Of a stretch of 64,000 bases of DNA, positions 59,375-64,000 are shown in pieces. Positions within the stretch are counted from its first letter, which is position 1, and each line of letters starts with the position of its first letter. Where the stretch lies: positions 4,393-68,392 of the forward strand of contig JAGAEA010000047.1 of NCBI GenBank assembly GCA_017613355.1. Direction: 5' to 3'. The translations under genes and the position numbers were made by a program. Below the pieces are notes generated by a model. That model saw nothing but the letters and a program-made list of their open reading frames with translations, did no database searches and was not told the origin of the DNA. The stretch is from Clostridia bacterium (lineage in GTDB: Bacteria > Bacillota > Clostridia > Oscillospirales > CAG-272).

Positions 59375-60094
59375 ATGACTGCGTTGCAGATCGTGCTGTC
59401 CGTGATCGGCGGCATCGCGGTTCTGCTGCTCCTCTTGCTCTTTTTCGGATCGGTACGCATCAAAGCGACGATCAACGGCGAGGTGATGATCTTGGGATCG
59501 ATCCTCGGCATCCGCCGGCGGCTGTATCCCCACCCGGAGCCGAAAGAAGACCTGATCGACGTTTCGCGCTGTCGCCACCCCGAACGAGTTTTGAGAAAAG
59601 AGGAAAAGCGGCGCCGAAAAGCGCTGGAAAAAGCAGAGCGGAAGCGTTTGAAAAAGAAAGAAGAAAAGCCTTCCGCACCCGCTCCCGCCCCGAATTTGAA
59701 GGAAAACCTCGATATGATCCTCGCCCTTCTCAAACGGGCATACAAACTCACGCGGGGAAAGCTCGCGATCGAATTTCGGGAAATGCACCTCCGGGTTGCG
59801 GCAGGCGACGCCGCGCAAACCGCGATCCTGTACGGGGTCGTTTTGCAAACCTCGGCATACCTCTTGCAATGGACGGAGGATCATTTCAATCACGTTCGGC
59901 GACGCGACGGTGCCATGACCGTGGAACCCGATTATCTCGCCGCAAAACCAACCGCAAAGCTGGATCTGCGGATCTCGGTTCGTTTGTTCCGCGCAATCGG
60001 CATCGGTTTTCAAATGCTTCGCGCCTATTCCGCCGAACGCCGCCGCGCACGTAGGCACGCCATGAAACGGACGGCGGACGCGAAAAACAGATGA
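59375..60094 (+). CDS. DUF2953-like sporulation-associated membrane protein
   Basis: N-terminal TM segment and a K/R/E-rich linker. It sits immediately upstream of ytfJ, as in other Clostridia. Confidence 0.6.
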   Translation: MTALQIVLSVIGGIAVLLLLLLFFGSVRIKATINGEVMILGSILGIRRRLYPHPEPKEDLIDVSRCRHPERVLRKEEKRRRKALEKAERKRLKKKEEKPSAPAPAPNLKENLDMILALLKRAYKLTRGKLAIEFREMHLRVAAGDAAQTAILYGVVLQTSAYLLQWTEDHFNHVRRRDGAMTVEPDYLAAKPTAKLDLRISVRLFRAIGIGFQMLRAYSAERRRARRHAMKRTADAKNR

Positions 60095-60142
60095 CACCGT
60101 TATTGATTTTGTTCACATAGAAACAGGAAAGGATTTTTTAAC

Positions 60143-60841
60143 ATGGAAAACGAAAGCTCGATCAAGGAAATCATCCGCAACGCGCTTGAAGAGGTCCGCT
60201 CGGTCATGGACGCGGACACGATCGTGGGTCAGCCCGTCAAACTGGATAACGGCGCCACCGTGATCCCGATTTCCAAAGTCTCCATGGGCTTTGCCTCGGG
60301 CGGGCTTGACCTTCCGGGCAAAACCGAACAGGGAGCAAAAAAGAACTTCGGAGGCGGTGGAGGAACCGGCGTTTCGGTCATTCCCATCGGCTTTTTGACC
60401 GCGTTTCCGGACGGGCGGGTGGAATTGCTTTCGCTCAAACCCGAACAGTCCACGGCGATCGAACAAATTGCCGACATTCTCAACCGCACACCCGAAATCA
60501 TCGGAAAAATCAAAAGTATTTTCGACGACAAAAAGCCCGAACCCGAAAAAGCGGTCAAGGCGGCGGAACCGGCGGTACCGAAAGCAGAGCCCGCGCCCAA
60601 CAAACCCGCGGAGGGCGATTTGACCGAAAAAATGCTTACCCGCATGGCGCAGGATGAAAACTATGCCGCGGCGGAGCCTATCGAGGACGAGAACGACGAA
60701 CCCGCGGGCAAGCCGCGCCTCACCAAAGAGGAAAAAGCGGCGCAAAAAGACGCGAAGAAAAAAGAAGTTGCCGAACAGAAAAAGGTGAAAAGAGAAGTTG
60801 CGCGCCGTCGCGCAAGCTTCGACTACGCCGACGAGGATTGA
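60143..60841 (+). CDS. ytfJ: GerW/YtfJ-family sporulation protein with a long K/E/A/P-rich C-terminal extension
   Basis: DADTIVGQPVKLDNGATVIPISKVSMGFASGG...GGGGGTGVSVIPIGFL. Confidence 0.8.
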   Translation: MENESSIKEIIRNALEEVRSVMDADTIVGQPVKLDNGATVIPISKVSMGFASGGLDLPGKTEQGAKKNFGGGGGTGVSVIPIGFLTAFPDGRVELLSLKPEQSTAIEQIADILNRTPEIIGKIKSIFDDKKPEPEKAVKAAEPAVPKAEPAPNKPAEGDLTEKMLTRMAQDENYAAAEPIEDENDEPAGKPRLTKEEKAAQKDAKKKEVAEQKKVKREVARRRASFDYADED

Positions 60842-60922
60842 CTTCCCTTCTCTTTCATTTGCATAAACCGAACTCCGAAAAAATATACATGAAACAAATG
60901 TATGTTTTTTCGGAGGTTCCTT

Positions 60923-62110
60923 ATGAAAAGCGGATTTTCCCGCACCGTTTTTTTGTTTCTGCTGGGTCTCGCACTTGCGTCGCTCCCCGTTTTTCACACT
61001 TTTGCGCAATCACGGTCGGTAACCGAAACGGAAAGGGCGTCCCTGCTTGCGGGCGTCCGCGTTTCTCCGTCGGTCTCGGCGCAAAGCGCCGCTCTGATGG
61101 AAGCGGAAAGCGGCGAATTTCTGTTTGAAAAAGAAGCCGACGTCCGTTTACCCATGGCGAGCACCACAAAAATCATGACCGCGTTGGTCGCTTTGGAACA
61201 CGCCGCACCCGAAACGGTCATCACCGTGGCACACGAGGCAGTGGGAACAGAGGGGTCGTCGGTTTATCTCTTTGAAGGAGAACAGCTCACGTTGGAGCAG
61301 TTGCTCTACGCGCTTCTGCTCTCCTCCGCGAACGACGCGGCGGTGGCGATCGCCTACGGCGTGGCGGGCGGTGTGGAACCGTTTGCCGCGCTGATGAACG
61401 AAAAAGCCTCGTCGCTCGGGCTTCGCAACACACATTTTACCAACCCCCACGGTCTCGACGACCCCGACCACTATACCACCGCGCGCGAGCTTGCCGTCAT
61501 TGCCCGCGCGGCGCTTGCAAACGATCTGATCCGCAAAATGGCGGCAACGCGCAAAACCACGATCCCACAAAACGGGAACGTGGGAATGCGGTTGCTCGTG
61601 AACCACAACAAGCTGTTGCGTCTCTATGACGGCGCGATCGGTATAAAAACGGGTTTTACCAAGCGGAGCGGACGCTGTCTGGTGTCCGCCGCCGAGCGCG
61701 AAGGGGTCACACTCATCGCCGTTACCATCAATGCGCCGAGCGATTGGAACGACCACCGCGCGATGCTCGATCAGGGCTTTTCGCATCTGGCTTTTGTTCC
61801 GCTTTGCGCCGAAAACGGCGTTTCCGTTGAGCTTCCCGTGGTCGGCGGGCTTTCGGAAACCGTTGCGGTATCTTCCAAGGAAGAGCGACATTTGATCCTG
61901 CCCGCGAAACATGGGACGATCATGGCGTCGGTAGAGCTTCCCCGCTTTCTCTATGCGCCAGTCGCCGCGGAAAGCGAAGTCGGTCGCGTGGTGTGGCGGA
62001 TGGACGGGCAAATCGTGTCCGAGGTTCCGCTCGTGGCAGAGAAAACCGTCGCCGCGCCTGAAAAGCCGAGCCGGTTCCGCCGCTTGTTGGAAAAAATATT
62101 TCATCATTAA
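60923..62110 (+). CDS. D-alanyl-D-alanine carboxypeptidase (PBP5/DacB-type)
   Basis: Signal peptide, then the SxxK motif ASTTKIMT, SSAND (SxN) and KTGFT (KTG). GGAGG RBS before the ATG at 60923. Confidence 0.88.
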   Translation: MKSGFSRTVFLFLLGLALASLPVFHTFAQSRSVTETERASLLAGVRVSPSVSAQSAALMEAESGEFLFEKEADVRLPMASTTKIMTALVALEHAAPETVITVAHEAVGTEGSSVYLFEGEQLTLEQLLYALLLSSANDAAVAIAYGVAGGVEPFAALMNEKASSLGLRNTHFTNPHGLDDPDHYTTARELAVIARAALANDLIRKMAATRKTTIPQNGNVGMRLLVNHNKLLRLYDGAIGIKTGFTKRSGRCLVSAAEREGVTLIAVTINAPSDWNDHRAMLDQGFSHLAFVPLCAENGVSVELPVVGGLSETVAVSSKEERHLILPAKHGTIMASVELPRFLYAPVAAESEVGRVVWRMDGQIVSEVPLVAEKTVAAPEKPSRFRRLLEKIFHH

Positions 62111-62124
62111 TAAGGAGTTGCACG

Positions 62125-62859
62125 ATGGCAGAATTGATCCGCGTTCAGAAATACTGTGCCGACTGCGGCGTCTGTTCGCGTCGTGCCGCCGAAACCGCGA
62201 TCTCCGAAGGAAAAATTCGCGTCAACGGCTTCCCTGCCGCGATCGGGCAGAAAATCGACCCCGATCGCGACACGGTCGAATATCGCGGGCGGCGCGTTTT
62301 GCCGTCCACTTCGGAAAAACATTATATCCTTCTGAACAAGCCGCGCGGGATCGTCTGCACGGCAAAAGACGAAAAAGGACGCACGCCCGTAACCGATCTT
62401 GTCCGCGTTGACAACGCGCGGCTCTATCCCGTCGGACGGCTGGACATGGATTCGGACGGTCTGTTGCTCCTGACCGACGACGGCGACCTTGCAAACCGTT
62501 TGACACACCCGCGCCACGAAATCCCGAAAATATACGAGGTCACGCTATCTTCTCCCGCAACTTCGGAACAGCTTGCCGCGCTGACCGCACCCATGGAGTT
62601 GAACGGTTATCCGCTCCGCCCCGTCGGTCTGCGCGTGCTTTCGGCGGACAAGCTCGAACTGACGCTTTGGGAAGGACGAAACCGCCAGATCCGCAGGATG
62701 TGTGAAAAGGTAGGACTTCAAATTTCCCGCCTTTGCCGCGTTGCCCTCGGAGAACTGAAACTCGGCGGTCTCCCCGCGGGAAAATGGCGCGAACTGACCG
62801 CAGACGAAGTAAACTATCTTCGCGGAAACGATAAAAATATTTCAAAAAGTGAGAATTGA
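62125..62859 (+). CDS. rluB: Pseudouridine synthase, RsuA/RluB family (S4 domain)
   Basis: IRVQKYCADCGVCSRRAAE...GRLDMDSDGLLLLTDDGDLANRLTHP. Confidence 0.88.
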   Translation: MAELIRVQKYCADCGVCSRRAAETAISEGKIRVNGFPAAIGQKIDPDRDTVEYRGRRVLPSTSEKHYILLNKPRGIVCTAKDEKGRTPVTDLVRVDNARLYPVGRLDMDSDGLLLLTDDGDLANRLTHPRHEIPKIYEVTLSSPATSEQLAALTAPMELNGYPLRPVGLRVLSADKLELTLWEGRNRQIRRMCEKVGLQISRLCRVALGELKLGGLPAGKWRELTADEVNYLRGNDKNISKSEN

Positions 62860-62861
62860 TC

Positions 62862-63254
62862 ATGCTGGAAGTACTGCCGATCCAAGAAAAAAGCGAACAA
62901 GAACGCCTCTGCGGCGTTTGCAAAATTCCCTACCGCCCCGAAATGCTCGCGTACAGCGCCGCCGTTGACGGCGATTTCCGCGGGATCTGCCAATTCACAA
63001 TGGATGCCCGTGGCGGCAGGATCGTCGATTTTGCATGGGTTCCCGAAAAATACGATTTTCAAACCTTTTTCATCCTCGGTCGCGCCGCGCTCAATTTTAT
63101 CGACCTCTGCGGCGTCCATCGCGCCTTTTTCGACGCCGAATGCGACGAGGAAACGCTCGTCAAAGCCATCGGTTTTTCCCGAAATTCCGAGGGCAGATAC
63201 GAAATGGATTTGACAGGATTTTTCTACGATCCCTGCAAACATACCCCAAAATAG
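62862..63254 (+). CDS. Hypothetical protein (small GNAT-like?)
   Basis: 130-aa ORF. No motif recognised with confidence. The start is uncertain (TTG at 62856 or ATG at 62862). Confidence 0.45.
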   Translation: MLEVLPIQEKSEQERLCGVCKIPYRPEMLAYSAAVDGDFRGICQFTMDARGGRIVDFAWVPEKYDFQTFFILGRAALNFIDLCGVHRAFFDAECDEETLVKAIGFSRNSEGRYEMDLTGFFYDPCKHTPK

Positions 63255-63330
63255 ATTTTTCGCCATGGAACTGTAAAATTTTTCCATTTACAGTGCTCTA
63301 TTTTTGTGAATTTTTTCGAGCGAAAAAGAC

Positions 63331-63359
63331 TTGCAAAATTTTCCAAAATATGGTAAAAT
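63331..63359 (+). promoter_or_regulatory. spo0A promoter (TTGCAA-17-TGgTAAAAT)
   Basis: ttgcaa aattttccaaaatatgg taaaat. Confidence 0.55.
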
Positions 63360-63364
63360 ATTCC

Positions 63365-63371
63365 TGTCGAG
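63365..63371 (+). promoter_or_regulatory. Spo0A-box-like motif just downstream of the spo0A -10
   Basis: TGTCGAG (6/7 to TGTCGAA), 6 nt after the -10. Confidence 0.4.
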
Positions 63372-63405
63372 GAAAAACCAGTAAAAACGACGGAGGAAAT
63401 TTACC

Positions 63406-64000
63406 ATGGAATATACGACAAAAATTTTAATTGCCGACGAAAGTCTCGCAAGCCGCTCGCAAATGCGGGAATGGCTGCTTCGTTCGGGGTATCGGAATGT
63501 GGAAGAAGCGGCAAACGGCGAGGACGCGCTCGCAAAAATCGAGCGCAACCGCCCAACGGTGGTATTGCTTGATATTTGGCTCTCCAAGCTGGACGGCATC
63601 GGTTTGCTGCGCGCCTGCCACGCATCGGAAAAGCACGCCGAAACGCCTGTGTTTATCGTGATCTCCTCGGTCACGAACCAAGGTCTCTTCATTCAGGCGA
63701 GCGAAGCGGGCGCCGACCTCTGCCTGCCCAAGCCCGTGAACATGACGAGCCTTTGCAACCACATTGAAAGTCTGTTGGCAGGTCGGCAAAACGACGCCGC
63801 GCGGACAGCGGCAACAACGGAAAAAACGCCCGACATCGAGTCGCAAGTCACGCAGATCATCCATCAGATCGGTGTCCCCGCGCACATCAAAGGCTACCAA
63901 TACCTGCGAACGGCGATTTTGCTGACGGTGCAGGACAACGACATTATCAATTCGGTTACGAAAGTGCTTTATCCGTCGGTCGCGAAAAAATACTCGACCA
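63406..64000 (+). CDS. spo0A: Sporulation master regulator Spo0A (3'-truncated by the window end)
   Basis: Read by hand; it is not in the ORF track because it is open at the window edge: MEYTTKILIADES...VVLLDIWLSKLDG...IIHQIGVPAHIKGYQYLRTAI. The last stretch is the Spo0A-specific C-terminal signature. GGAGG RBS. Confidence 0.9.
   Translation, partial: MEYTTKILIADESLASRSQMREWLLRSGYRNVEEAANGEDALAKIERNRPTVVLLDIWLSKLDGIGLLRACHASEKHAETPVFIVISSVTNQGLFIQASEAGADLCLPKPVNMTSLCNHIESLLAGRQNDAARTAATTEKTPDIESQVTQIIHQIGVPAHIKGYQYLRTAILLTVQDNDIINSVTKVLYPSVAKKYST

Noticed and set aside
57263-60097. 944-aa minus-strand ORF covering scpA, scpB and the DUF2953 gene
   Set aside because: It spans three separately initiated plus-strand genes, each with its own RBS. 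The composition is Arg/Phe/Gly-rich nonsense.

Overview
The window has two parts. Roughly nt 1-10320 is an AT-rich accessory island whose left end lies outside the window. The remainder is GC-rich core chromosome from a spore-forming Firmicute. By eye it looks like a high-GC Clostridia or Oscillospiraceae-type genome, with spo0A, spoIIE, a CIRCE/hrcA operon and ytfJ/gerW present. All calls come from reading the ORF translations and the DNA for motifs; no database search was run.

The island carries a same-strand, tightly packed four-gene cluster: an AlbA_2/Schlafen-like ATPase with a wHTH, a Type III Mod, a Type III Res, and an unrecognised 795-aa protein. That last protein has a PD-(D/E)xK-like nuclease core and a C-terminal SEC-C zinc motif. 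A divergent two-gene cassette encodes an SDH-family Clp-fold serine protease and a 64-aa protein. Downstream of the SEC-C gene, a consensus promoter fires into a GC-rich, helix-dense non-coding element.

These island modules are the best candidates for an undescribed defence-type system. The leading one is the nuclease/SEC-C gene coupled to the Type III R-M.

The core region is mostly conserved housekeeping:
- MFS transporter and GDPD, tcdA, cysK and an Rrf2 regulator, rpsF-ssb-rpsR
- hrcA-grpE-dnaK-dnaJ-prmA, spoIIE
- yhbY-nadD-yqeK-LCP-rsfS-leuS, rdgB
- plsX-rnc-smc-ftsY, dprA-topA-trmFO
- infC-rpmI-rplT, where infC has an ATT start and an L20-leader-type attenuator
- lon-engB, scpA-scpB, DUF2953-ytfJ, dacB, rluB and the 5' part of spo0A

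Other points worth a second look:
- a promoter-plus-terminator-bounded candidate sRNA between infC and lon
- an XRE/sigma/anti-sigma/Cys-rich secreted protein module
- an RRNPP-like HTH-TPR regulator with no visible peptide gene
- a truncated ABC ATPase remnant
- Spo0A-box-like motifs at spoIIE and spo0A

Many very long ORFs antisense to real genes are GC-driven shadow ORFs and were rejected.
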